A stretch of DNA of 64,000 nucleotides from Antedon mediterranea (GCF_964355755.1 NC_092670.1:16540795-16604794), one strand, 5' to 3'. Numbered from the stretch's first letter, positions 13,019 through 24,928 are shown. Notes: generated by a model from the sequence alone, not told the origin. A program made the numbers and translations.

Positions 13019-13678
13019 TTATTTAGCTTTTTTAGGTTTAGGGCTAGCTTTAACCTTTAACGTAGCTTTGTTACTTGGTCTTGTCTTTTTTCTCTTCTTA
13101 GAACCACTCTTCCTTGATTTTTTGCTTTTCCCCTTTTTGTCATTCTTTTTTGTACTGTTACTTCCCTTCTTTTTTGGGCTTAATCGTTTCTGCCGCGAGG
13201 TTGGTTTATATGAAGTTGTCGACGCATCTGGTTTTTTCCCAACTTTAAAGCGACCATGAGCTCCACCCGATTCATCACCTTTAGGTCTTACAAACACTCC
13301 AGTTTGGAGACCTTTAGTAAGCGCTGTTCGTACCATATAATTCACCATGTCTGGCCTAACAGTTTCGTATGTGGATAAAATGTACTTTTTTATAGCCATT
13401 CCTGAACTGCCTTTACTTTCCTTTAAAGATTCAATTGCCTCTACACACATTAAAGTTGAGTTTGGATGAGTAGGCTTCCATTTTGCTTTCTTTTTCTTCT
13501 TTATTTCTGTAGTTTTAGTACTACGAGGTCTAGGCCTAGTATTCCTACCAGTTACTGCGCCTGCTTCCCCTTCTTCTCCAGGGTCCTCTTTTTGTGTCTC
13601 TTCGGCTGCAGCAGCATCGTCGACTGCCTCCACATTATCTTGCTTTATATTGTCCTCTTTCTGATCCCCGTCTGACAT
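13019..13678 (-). CDS. Linker histone H1, oocyte/cleavage-stage (H1.8/B4-like) or protamine-like PL-I-type; intronless CDS, 219 aa
   Basis: The winged-helix domain is HPNSTLMCVEAIESLKESKGSSGMAIKKYILSTYETVRPDMVNYMVRTALTKGLQTGVFVRPKGDESGGAHGRFKVGKK. The N-terminus is acidic and the C-tail is K/S/R-rich with SPK motifs. The start is AAAATG at 13678, and no histone stem-loop is seen downstream. Confidence 0.9.
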   Translation of the reverse strand: MSDGDQKEDNIKQDNVEAVDDAAAAEETQKEDPGEEGEAGAVTGRNTRPRPRSTKTTEIKKKKKAKWKPTHPNSTLMCVEAIESLKESKGSSGMAIKKYILSTYETVRPDMVNYMVRTALTKGLQTGVFVRPKGDESGGAHGRFKVGKKPDASTTSYKPTSRQKRLSPKKKGSNSTKKNDKKGKSKKSRKSGSKKRKKTRPSNKATLKVKASPKPKKAK

Positions 13679-13877
13679 TTTTAAATGATTATTAAATAAT
13701 TTAAAACGTGTACAAACCACAGGGAACGATATTTTTCTTAAATAAATATAAAATATCTCAAATTAAATTGTTTAATGCACAGCTTATTTCGACGTACCTC
13801 TACAGAAAAACTAAACAAAGACAGGTATAGGCCTAGTCGTTTGAGGGCGCACTGATCGATGCTACATTTTTTTTTCG

Positions 13878-13885
13878 TTTGGCGC
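13878..13885 (+). promoter_or_regulatory. E2F-type site TTTGGCGC about 200 bp upstream of the H1 ATG
   Basis: Exact TTTSSCGC match. Function is inferred only. Confidence 0.4.
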
Positions 13886-14255
13886 CACCTAAAGTTTACT
13901 TTCGCTGAGTATCAAGATAGTGAACTGAGTACAATATTTGGTAATCTAGAACAAGTATACCCGTTTTTAAGGCCCATTTATACTAGGACGATAGACGATC
14001 GACGATGAATAAAATAATAAACATATATTTTTCATCCTAGAACTATTATGATAAAATTATGCTGTATTTTTAACAAATAAAAATATTGTCCAGCGGTAGA
14101 TTGTGCACTAAAACAATCAGATATTTATCCAATCCAATAATTATCCAATCCGATATTTGTCTAGTTATGTTTTTAAAGAAAATGTTCAAATGGTTTTTCA
14201 AAGGAACGTAACCATCAAATTCCCTTTATTACTAGTCAGGTTAAACCCATATAAA

Positions 14256-14400
14256 AATTCAAATGCAAGTTACTAAAAAAAATACAATTCTGTCAGTGAC
14301 TAAAGGGATTTCAATGGAGATACAAAATAAGCAAAAAGCTAAAGTAAAACGATAAAGTAAAACCAGGGAGTTGAACAATTCCCTGGTAAAACAGCCAGAA
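14256..14400. mobile_element. Dispersed repeat, inverted copy at 29684-29808
   Basis: TCAATGGAGATACAAAA...AAAACGATAAAGTAAAAC...AGCCAGAA matches the reverse complement of 29684-29808. Confidence 0.8.
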
Positions 14401-14772
14401 AAAATTGCAGAGCTTTCGAGCACCACTAGCCTTTCATAAGTACATTTATATTATAATATTAATAAAATATATATTATATTAATAGTGTAATAATATTTAA
14501 CCTGGATCGTGACAAACAAATACACGACAATTTTAAACGGATATATATTATACCGGTATTTAAAAGCTGTTGATTAAAGATCTATCTTGAGTAGTTTGGA
14601 AGCTTACTTAAAATATATATAGACTTTTAGAAGCAATGCGTTTTGGCTATTCGTGATATAAACAGCTGGTTTTAGCTTTCTATACGGGTCTTTTTTATAC
14701 CTCCATGGTTACAGCCGCATTCAATACTGTATTCATTTCCTAAGCGATTACATCTATTACTATTATTAGTAT

Positions 14773-14895
14773 TTCCACGAAAAACCGCTTCAAAGAAAAT
14801 CAATCATTAGGGGGCGGTCCTAAGCAGTCATTCACTAATAACGAATCGTGATTGGTCAATGGGGTAATTGCTTATGCGGATGGTAATCTCAGTTC
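14773..14895 (+). promoter_or_regulatory. SOCS proximal promoter: tandem STAT/GAS sites, GC box, CCAAT, Inr
   Basis: TTCCACGAA 14773-14781, TTCAAAGAA 14789-14797, GGGGCGG about 14811, ATTGG 14851 and TCAGTT 14889. A candidate 5'UTR intron runs 14928-15173 (GTAAGG...TTTTCTACAG). Confidence 0.65.
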
Positions 14896-15244
14896 AAAAC
14901 CGCAGGGATTTTTTTTCATTACAGTTTGTAAGGGAATCTATAGGAAGTGCTTTAGATTATGTATACAAGAGTTTTCCCTGAACTCATGTCTACTATGTTT
15001 AAATAATTTGACGAGTTCAGTCGTAATATCATTACTGACAGATCATTAGGGAGCTGAGATCGACGATCGTCTCATGCGCAGAGACTTCATCAGCAGGTTC
15101 ATATGATCACCGTTGTTGTTTCTATTCTAAGAATCAGCCAACATACTATTATAAACTCATTTGTTTTCTACAGCTTCATATCATTTGGGATTTAGCAGCA
15201 GTCGGTTTCAACCTTCGTATTTTTATTTTTGAAAAGTGAACCAA

Positions 15245-15886
15245 ATGAAACAGAACTGCGGACTATTAACTACTTCTTCAACTCCTACAGACATCATTTT
15301 GAAAATGACGTCTTGTAACAGAAATACTCAACTAGATGTTGACAGTATAACCAGGACTAATCAGATACTAGAGGAATCGAGTTGGTACCACGGAAGCATT
15401 ACTTACAAACAAGCAAGACAGAAGCTAAAAGATGCAAAAAATGGAACGTTTTTGGTACGAGATAGTTTGGACCCGAATTATTTATACAGTGTAAGCGTGA
15501 AGACCCCTCGAGGTGCTACCAGTGTGCGAATAATATACCACAGGGGCAAATTTGCTTTGGATTGTGAAGACGCATTAAAGCCATATGCACCTAAATTCGA
15601 ATGTGTTATAAAGTTATTATGTCACTACATTAGTGCATCGACTGGGAAGAGTAAATTACACAAGGACTTGAAAACATCTAATAATGGACAATTGGTGTGG
15701 CTAGAACCTTCGGGACGCAAGGACACTGAAGCAAAGTTAATGAGACCTCTATTAACTAATGTACATAGTTTGCAACATTTATGTCGATTGGCTATCAATA
15801 AGAGCTGTGATAGATGGGATATCATGGACTTAGACCTCCCCTTATCACTGAGGTATTACGTTGATCGCTATCCGTACAAACTCTGA
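15245..15886 (+). CDS. SOCS2: Suppressor of cytokine signalling, CISH/SOCS1-3 group (SOCS2-like sequence), SH2 + SOCS box, intronless CDS
   Basis: SH2 is WYHGSITYKQARQKLKDAKNGTFLVRDS...SVSVKTPRGATSVRIIY and the SOCS box is SLQHLCRLAINK...LDLPLSLRYYVDRYPYKL. The first ATG is 15245 (alternative 15305). Exact paralogue assignment is uncertain. Confidence 0.9.
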   Translation: MKQNCGLLTTSSTPTDIILKMTSCNRNTQLDVDSITRTNQILEESSWYHGSITYKQARQKLKDAKNGTFLVRDSLDPNYLYSVSVKTPRGATSVRIIYHRGKFALDCEDALKPYAPKFECVIKLLCHYISASTGKSKLHKDLKTSNNGQLVWLEPSGRKDTEAKLMRPLLTNVHSLQHLCRLAINKSCDRWDIMDLDLPLSLRYYVDRYPYKL

Positions 15887-17098
15887 TATATCTAACCACC
15901 AATTACTGGTTTATCAACTCAAATGTAAATAATGTATATAGTGTTTTCTTGTATTTATTGCTTGTACATATTATATTGTTAATATATTTCGTATTGCCCT
16001 ATTGTTATAACTGCTATTGTAGTACAAGCATTTAATTTAAGAACATGATTGATCTACAGAGATATTCTAGATCATTAACTCAGTCAACGTCTCGCGATTT
16101 CAGCAATCTTTCCTCCATTATGCCAATATTGACAAGACAATCATTTGACCTGAAACCTAAATGAACGGTTGTTGAATAATTGAATAATCATAATATTTGC
16201 CGCCGGAGAATTGCGATTCTTGTCACAACACGTGAGCAAAGCAAAGAACCATTCATGATTGTTAAATAATATTTTCGAGAAATTACAGTGCAACGACAGT
16301 AAAAAAATGACAGTTAAAAATTTGTGTTCGAACAACGAGACATAGAATAGAATTCATACAAGATGAAAGCCATTTAGCTTTAGAACAACGTGACGTTGTT
16401 TCAAGTCTTCGAGTGGGTATTATCATTTCACAACTCAACACAGCAGGAAAATTCATACAAATATGCGTATAGAAAGCCGAACGAATAAGAACATATTTTC
16501 ACAGCCTGCTGCCGACGTCCGCCATTCTTAAATCTTAAGTCCAATTATAAAGTCTTAATTCGTTGTGTGCGTTTGCTTGCTGGAATCCATTGAAACCAAT
16601 GAAAATGCAGTTTGTTTGTCCTCGTTTTTTCTTTCCAGGAACTCTCGCTTTACGAGGTCAAATCGTGGGTTTACTGGTTCCCGGACTTATTTTCAATTCA
16701 TGATTATAATTTATTTATGATTTAAGCTGTCGATTCATTTTTTAACTGAAATATCGTTTATGCTTGGAAGTACTTATTATTATTTCTCTGTGACTTTAAT
16801 ACCATAAGTGATAGTTAATACATAATTTATCCATGTTTAATAATAATAATAATAAATTAATATGGTAATTTTGATAATGAATCAAATCATTTTTAAACAA
16901 AATAATTTTCTATTAGCTTTAAATACGCACATCATGTGTTAAACTTATAATTATTGAAATAAAATAAACACATTGTTAGTCTCTGAACCGGCAAGAAAGA
17001 AGCACAATATTATGTACAATGTTGCCAATGTCACTGTGGTTAAAAGAAAAGAAAACTGCTCTAGACTAGAGCAGCAATGTTTACTTTATTAAATAATG

Positions 17099-17340
17099 GT
17101 ACCGTCAACAATCTGCATTCTTGCTTAGCAGGCCTAACATAATTTGTACTGTTACAGTGTAAACTACATATTGTTACAGTATAATTAATGAATAGTTACC
17201 GTCAACAATGTGTTTTTACACAATCTGCATTCTTGCTTAGTAGCCTAACATAATTTCTACTGTTACAATGTAAACTATTGTTACAGTATAATTAATGAAT
17301 AGTTACAGTATAATTACCGTATTGTTACAGTATAATTACT
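17099..17340. repeat. Imperfect ~110-bp tandem duplication with TTACAGTATAATTA sub-repeats
   Basis: CAATCTGCATTCTTGCTTAG occurs at about 17109 and 17221. Confidence 0.85.
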
Positions 17341-20300
17341 ATCAATTGACTAAAAACGTTTGAGGTTTAGTCAATATTATTTGGTGCAATGTATTTTTAT
17401 ACTACTTCAGGCAGTAAACATGATAACATGAATGTGGTTGGTTTTAACGTGTTTTTATTTGTAGACTATGTTTCAATACATTTTCCATATCAAAACGTTC
17501 TAATATTACTATAGGCTGATAAAAGTACTAAAATACTATGAACTCGTGAAGAATATTGGGAGATTATAAGTCTGAACATTTCTTAATTAAATGTGAAAGA
17601 AAAAGGAGAGCTGGATGGTAGTAGGGGGTCGTCATTCAGTTTCATGTCCAGGATTTGAAAATTGTTTTTAATGAGGGGCTTTTTGAAATTATACGAAATT
17701 TAATGTTTTGACATGTTGATTATAAGTACAGAAAAATCAATCATTTCATTTATTTATTTGACCCAAAAAAAAGGTCAGAAAAAATTAAATAATGATCAAT
17801 TTTGATGGTAAATTGCATGATTAGGCCTATGTTCTACAACAGAATATGAATATACAAGCAAATAGTACAGGAAAAAGTTATACGCGCATCCAAAATTCAT
17901 TTCAGCATACCGATGAACTTAGGTAGGCCTACACTGGGATGATCTGATCTAAAACAACTATCCAACTAGCCTATAACTTCATCTAATAGGCCAGCATTAA
18001 TACAATGATATTTATTCTTGTGACACCAAGTCTGCACTATCAATATTTCAAAAAGAGGTATACAAATTATCAACAGTAAAACAAATTACGCGACATATGG
18101 TATAATAGAGAATTCATGGAAAATGCCATCCAGAATTAAACTACAGTCACGTTAAACACACATGCGTAGGAACGTGATGGAATTGCATAATTCACAGTTC
18201 AGAAAACGAATAGTACACATGGTCTTAATGAGGCAATCAATTTATTATGTGAAAGAAAAATCGAAAATGCGGGACCTAATAACAATGTGATAACGATATA
18301 TAAACTACAATTTGGGGATTCCCCAATGTTTTTGTCTCAGTATATTGACAAAAACGATACAAAATACAACAAAAGATGCATTATACCTATAGTTCATTAT
18401 AAATATACTATAGACGGTATAACTTGAATTTTCATTTCATTTATTCCCTTTAAAGTGAAACTACATACTTTTATTTAAAATAGACTCGGCGTTAAAACGC
18501 TGAGAAAATGGTATGGTTTTTAATTACGCGCACGCGTGGCGGTCACTTTGTGCGTACTTGCGGTGCCATCATGTACATGGAGAGGGGAAGGGGAGATATT
18601 GAACTTTTGTATAACAACAACCATAGAGATATTATAGTGTTCACTATTAATATATCTATGCAATAATCAACTATCATATCAATATATTAAACAATACGAT
18701 AAATTATGCTTACGTCATACCGGAAATTACCGGAAACAATATGATGATCACATCATGATTAACCTACGGTGGCATACCCAATTATTTCCTACCATACCCC
18801 AAAACTAACCCTTAGTACCGGAATGTCACATTTCATAATTCCTACAGGTGAGACATAGTCATTTAAAAATCATTTTACAATGATTTCTTAAATATTTCTA
18901 TGCGCAATAATTTCTATCCATTTTACCATATGGCCGGCATATTATTACATAATGTACTTATAAAATGTTAAGAATGTACACTAGAATCGTGGTTAGGGGG
19001 TATAGGTAAGGACATCCATGGTTTAACTTGTTATCTACTCTCTTGCTATGGCTTTATTTAACATCATTTTACTTTAACCTCAATAACCTTGAGTTTAACC
19101 GGATTCCGTGAATTTCTCTGAAATTGAATGAAATGATGCGGAGAAAACAGCAAAATAGGTAACCACAGTAACTGTTACCAAAAACGTAATTGTTTTAGTC
19201 ACCTGCAACCATCTTTGGAAAGTTATCGTGAATCATGTATCCGCGTTTCATGTCATTTCAATATTACGTATTAGTTGGTACCTGACGCATAGCACATACA
19301 TTAAATAATTATCATTACGCCTATTTAGAAAGTATATGAAAAAATCAGCCTAAAATATCTAATCCGCCCACTATTAATATCCGCCCATGTTAACATTTCG
19401 TAACAGAAACCGATATAGATATAAAGTTGACACACCGCACGTACAAAAGCCGTATCATTCATTATCCGCGTTTGAACGCGCGCGCGCCGCAATGTCTGGC
19501 CCTCTTGTGACGTCAATGTCGATATTCATCAACAATAATAATTTTTACTTTTCGCGATTCAAACTATTTCATCGTAAAATAGTAAATTAATATCGGTTAA
19601 CATACATTTTTTTTTTAAATTGGAAAATTATTGCGATTCCGAAAGAAATAATATAAATTTGATACAATTTCCTTCATTGTATAATTTTGTTAACACTTTA
19701 TAGAGTTTAACGGACCGTAACACCAACAAAAAGAATAAATAGAGTATCGATACATTTTTTCTATACTCAAACAAATGAAAAGGTACACATCCGCCTTATA
19801 GTGAGATTTTATGATTAATTTTTCAAAGAATAAGGCCAATAAAATACTAAAAACTAATCTATTACAATTGAAAAACAACGATAAGACAATGTTCTATCGA
19901 TCGTATAAATGTTCGTCATCATGTCATGACTGGGCGTGGTTTCAGGAATAAAAAAAAATTATCTTTTTGTGTACAAAGTTCATGATATCATATGAATGAA
20001 TTCGCATATCACGATGAAGTAGGCTTGGTTTTTTGTACAAGTATCCGTGTGGTATCCGCGTGGTTTTTAATGTGTATCCACGTAGTTATCATACAAAGTA
20101 ATTAACCCTATTCTCATCTTACAAGTAGAAATACACCGATGTTTGTTACCGCAACAAACGGACATTGACCGTCTAAACTGGTTTTTAGACCTAAAACAAC
20201 ACATTTATTATCGTAGGGATAATATCAATTTACGTATTTTCTACGAAGAATTGAAAACATTTTTCTCGAAGATTTCTTGATAAATGCAGTTTAATAAGAA

Positions 20301-21182
20301 CGAAACGTATCAATGCTATAGGCTTAATAAGGCAAGACCATCAAAAATTCAATTCAATTCAAATTTATTTATCTTCTTTCTTATAAAAATATAGGCCTAA
20401 CAATAATGATACGGTGAATGACATTATCATAGGAAGGAGCTAGAAAAAAGTTTAATATAAACTTATCGAGTCTATAGCCCATATATATATATAGATTACA
20501 GTATTGTAATAATACGGGCAAATAAATGCGTTCCTAGAGGAAAATCACATTAGGAACAAATTTCTCAGAAGAAAACAAAGTTGATTTCTTAGCGTTATTG
20601 CTGAATCTGGGGTTTGTTGTACATAATTTAAACTGAATTGGATTGGGGAGACACCTTTCGAAAGTATCACGGCACGCGATCCCTGGGAAGTTCCTGCTTT
20701 ATTCTTTCCAAAAAAAAAGTTCCGGGAAGGAGAGGGGAGACGTCAGAAACCGAGTGGACAATACATTTTTTGTTAGTGAGTTAATTTAGATAAGATAGAG
20801 TTTGTTCTACTTCTGCCTAAATAATCAGAATTACACTGAGTGGTACTGCTATACTACGTGTATTACTTTTGTAGCCTAAATTGGACTGAAGGTTAACATT
20901 TTTTTGTTTAATAAAATTCATAAATTATATAAGTTGTTAAAACAGGGAGGTGTTTCAAACAAGTCAATCAATCAATCAAATCCTTATGTGTGCGTGATCC
21001 ACAAGTGTCTATCATTATCGACCTATCTTTCTTTGTATCGGCAAGGTTTTTTTAGAGGCTTTCCCAGAAAGGTTCGTGAAAACCATTAGTGTTAAACCTA
21101 AATAAACGTATGAAAAACTGCAGAGGTTCGCAAAAATTATGGCAGGTATTAAAAAGTCGACATGCTGAAATTAGTAGCCCTT

Positions 21183-21302
21183 AAGGCTTGGTTCCTACTA
21201 GGACCTACTATTTACAAAATATAATGGCCTATATGAACCGTCACTGGTCAACTCGCTTGCATTGCGCTTACGTTCTTGTGTTGTGTCTATGAACCAAGCT
21301 TT
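21183..21302. mobile_element. Hairpin MITE (GCTTGGTTCC TIR), related to 55344-55490
   Basis: GCTTGGTTCC...GAACCAAGCT with internal GGTCAA/CTTACGTT shared with the 55344 copy. Confidence 0.65.
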
Positions 21303-22845
21303 TAACACATCAACTTTTAGTTTAGGTAGAAAGTAGGTAAGGGAGGAAAATATACGTATTTATTTAAACTTTACAAATGAACAATTAAGGGCCTACTGAT
21401 ATTTAATTTGAAACGTCTCACTGCCTCGTCATAAATGAAGCAATACTGGGTGTGACAGCAGAGTAAACAAAGAAACGCACAGTCATACGGTATACGACGT
21501 CAACGCCATTTACCAAAAAGCCTAAATAATACAATGAGACACCCCTGAGACATCTTCGAAACCCAATAGGCCTGAGTAAACCCAATACAGTTTCCCCTGA
21601 ATAGGGTTGGTCGTATGTTAAATTCCTCACGTTATTTCACGAGAAACGGTCCCGTTTACAGGTGTGTCCCTTCCATAGAGTTTTACTGTTACTATATCAT
21701 AGGTCTAATTTTATACCTCCATGGTTAGAGAATTCTGCAAATAGATCAATTGAAATGAGATAATAGGGTCGTAGGCACGACTCAAACACACGCCCTAAAC
21801 CATGACCACAATGCTATAGGCCCACTTCTGCAAGCAAGGCCTGTGTACACGCCCTATTCATTACACCACTTGTGTTATATATAGGCCTATCTGCTAGATA
21901 GGCCTACGCCCCAAACCATTATAACATTAATGCTATAGACTTCTGCCAGATAGGTCTATACATACGCCCAACCATTATAACAGTAATGTTGCTAACTTCA
22001 GCTCTTTAAACGAGCGGGCAGATTGTATCCGCCACACATTCGCAAAATGTGAACAGAATTCACGAAACATAACCACTGCAGGCCTAATGTGCCACATAAT
22101 AATACACAACTATGTAATTAAAATATCCGGGTTTGTACCGTAAACGCCTATTGAACGATATGGTATTTTTTTTATTTAAAAAAAAATCGTTTTTTTTTAA
22201 AATGTTGATCAAAAATCCTTAAAATCTAACCAAATAATAAAAATCGCGAGTAAATCTATAAATATATATTTTTTATGGAATATTAAAACATTTTTTTAAT
22301 CGGAATTTATAATCAAATTTGCGACGGAGTACCAGGGCGTATCTTCTTTCAGTAATTGCAATTCTACGATGAACACCATCAGATGTCTAGACAATTTCCT
22401 TGCGCTATGCATATGTTAAATTTTCTTCCAAGAAATGCCATTTGCTAAAAATAAGTTACTCAGACACGCGTATATAATGTAGGCCTACGGATGTTTGACA
22501 TGTTGAGTTTCCATAGAAATGAGCGATTTTTAAAGCCGAGAAACGTGGCAAACCTTGAGTAAATACAAAAGGATATATTCATATCGATCGCAGACATTTA
22601 TACCCCTTTTTTGCAGATCGCATATTAAACCTGGGGCACAGTTGTGAAAACGTGTAAAGATAAATTTGTCCTCAATAAGCATTAGCACAAGCAGTATTCT
22701 AAGAAAAACAATTTGATTTAGTGCATAAAACTGTTATATTCGCTGCATATTCTATATGTGTCTCATTTGATAAAAGTATATGAAGCAAATTTTAAAGCGC
22801 GTTAAATTATATTTTTTTCTATTTATTTATATATTTATTTATTTC

Positions 22846-22883
22846 AACAAACAAACAAACAAACAAACAAACAAACAAACAAC
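22846..22883. repeat. (CAAA)n microsatellite
   Basis: About 9 perfect units. Confidence 0.95.
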
Positions 22884-23577
22884 ATGAAAAATGCAGCCGA
22901 TTCTCGGTACTGTATCTATGCCTATTTAAGAAGAAGTATCAGTTCAGTTTTATTCGGTTCACTCAAAATACAAAGACAAATATAACATAGAAAAAGCACA
23001 AGATAACAATATCATAGAAATATTTGGTAAAACAAAATCACGGTGTTCACATATATCTAAGTATTATGTAACCTTACATGATACAGGGTGCGATATACAT
23101 GAGCTGTATTGATTGATATAGATGGTATGTCATGGAGATACAGCACTGGGAATCGGGTGAAAAATGTAAACTTCAATCAGAATTTTATAGCGTTTCATTA
23201 CAATAGCAGAGTTATCATGTATAATGCAGTCTGGTTTTGAACCGAGACAACAATTAAACATTTCTAAAAATGAATTGTTTGAATTATGTTCTGTGTAGTT
23301 CCGCGAATAAATGAGGTTAAAATTGCCTGTAGGCTAGAAGGTATGGCTAAACCACAAACAAATACAGACAAACATGCATCAGTATATAGGCTACCTTTAC
23401 AATGCTTAAGCGACCTATATATTTAGAAAACTCATTTTGCATACTTTTTTTATTTAAATCAGAACGCAATAAAGGGAAAACCCCCAGACCATGACAAACT
23501 TTTTGTGCATAGGCCTAGTCTACATAAAATGTATTGATTATTTGCATATATGTAGGGCCTACGTTAAATGATAACAA

Positions 23578-24018
23578 TACAAAATGCGACGTGTGTGTTT
23601 AAATTTGATACTCAATTATACAGATACAAAATGCGATGGGCGTCTTTAAAAAATGATTAATTATTTCCGACACAAAATGTCGTGTGCGTGTCCATACCGT
23701 GATAGACTATTACCGACACAAAAAGTGTACGAGTGTTCAATCACTAATGATATATTACCGACACAAAATGCTGTGCGCGCGTTAAAACCTTCAAATTATC
23801 AGCTACACAAAATGTGGTACGCGCGTTCAATCACTGATGATAAAGGCATACCGACACAAAATGCTGTGCGCGCGTTAAAACCTTGAAATTATCAGCGAAA
23901 CAAAATGTGGTGCGCGCTTTCAATCACTGATGATAAAGGCATACCAACACAAATATGGCGCGAGCGTTACACTTGATTTAGCGACACAATGCGATATGCG
24001 CGTTCAAACACTGATGAG
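23578..24018. repeat. Degenerate ~46-bp CpG-rich tandem array with dimeric ~94-bp higher-order structure
   Basis: ACACAAAATG...GCGCGTT recurs about 10 times, with alternating AAAACCTT and CAATCACTGATGA tails. Confidence 0.85.
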
Positions 24019-24573
24019 AATGGAACATCGGCCTTTGTACGCGCATTCTACATGACTGCTGCAATGCTGTTTGATTTAATACCGTAATTCCCACGAGAGG
24101 ACCATTTCCATGAAACTGTCAAATCAATCTGAGTGAATATGCAAATATTATATTGACAGAAAGTCACTTGTCTAGAATGGAAAAAACCAATGCTTAGTTT
24201 ATTTGATCAAAACTGTATCGGTCCACTTTTAATACACTCGTATAGGCCTATAGCAAATATTACATAGCATTTGCACACATGTTGGCATCTCAATGTAATA
24301 GTAATAACATAATAACAGAGATATTTTGGTGTTTTTTTATTTATAATATTTCAGCCTTTAATGTCGGCTTAATGAATGTCTCTCCTGAGAACTATAAATT
24401 CACATTTTACTCACAAGTCGGATCACATCTCAAAGGTGTTGATTTTAATTTTCTTAGTTAATTTATTATTACAGTATTAACAGCAGAAAAATGCAATCAA
24501 TGATTTATCATGTTGTAAAAGATGTTGTTCGTTTGTAGGCCTAAGTGTTTTACTGCAACATTTTACTTAAATA

Positions 24574-24928
24574 CCGTATTTATTCGAATAAACGCCCCAG
24601 GGCGTCTATTGTTCAGGAGGGTTTTTAGTGGGCGTTTAATCGAAGGAGGGCGTTTATTCGGGGGACTGGCGTTTTTTGGGTGTATACACAAATAAATATT
24701 CCCTATAGATGTGAAAAAATACAACACAATTAATATCTAGAAGTATCAATATGCTTGGTTAATTGTAGACTATGTCATTCAATGAATTCTACTACAAATA
24801 GAACATTGACGTTTATTCAAGGAAATAAATAAAAGCCTCCCGCATCATTTATTCAAAATGATGGGGGAAAGGGCGTTTATTAGAGGGGGAGTTTATTTAA
24901 AGCGGGGAATTTATTCGAATAAACACGG
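24574..24928. mobile_element. Tc1/mariner/pogo-type MITE
   Basis: TA|CCGTATTTATTCGAATAAA ... TTTATTCGAATAAACACGG|TA with internal GGCGTTTATT sub-repeats. A related copy is at 52350-52599. Confidence 0.85.

Larger units (their letters stand above)
16633..24114. promoter_or_regulatory. Candidate cytokine-responsive enhancer region downstream of SOCS
   Basis: TTCN3GAA occurs at 16633, 19104, 19114, 20239, 20562, 20720, 21061, 22426, 22697, 23299 and 24106. kB sites are GGGGATTCCCC 18314, GGGAAGTTCC 20685 and GGGAAAACCC 23474, and a CRE TGACGTCA lies at 19508. Confidence 0.5.

Noticed and set aside
8288-13678. Functional coupling of LSM11 (U7 snRNP) with the neighbouring histone gene
   Set aside because: The H1 lacks a stem-loop, so it is unlikely to be a U7 substrate. 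The adjacency is probably coincidental.
13679-13720. N-terminal extension of H1 in the ORF track
   Set aside because: It starts at a non-ATG codon. The first ATG in good context is 13678.
23578-24018. Repeat-spacer-like pattern suggesting CRISPR
   Set aside because: The context is eukaryotic, the repeats are degenerate, the spacers are related to each other and there are no cas genes.
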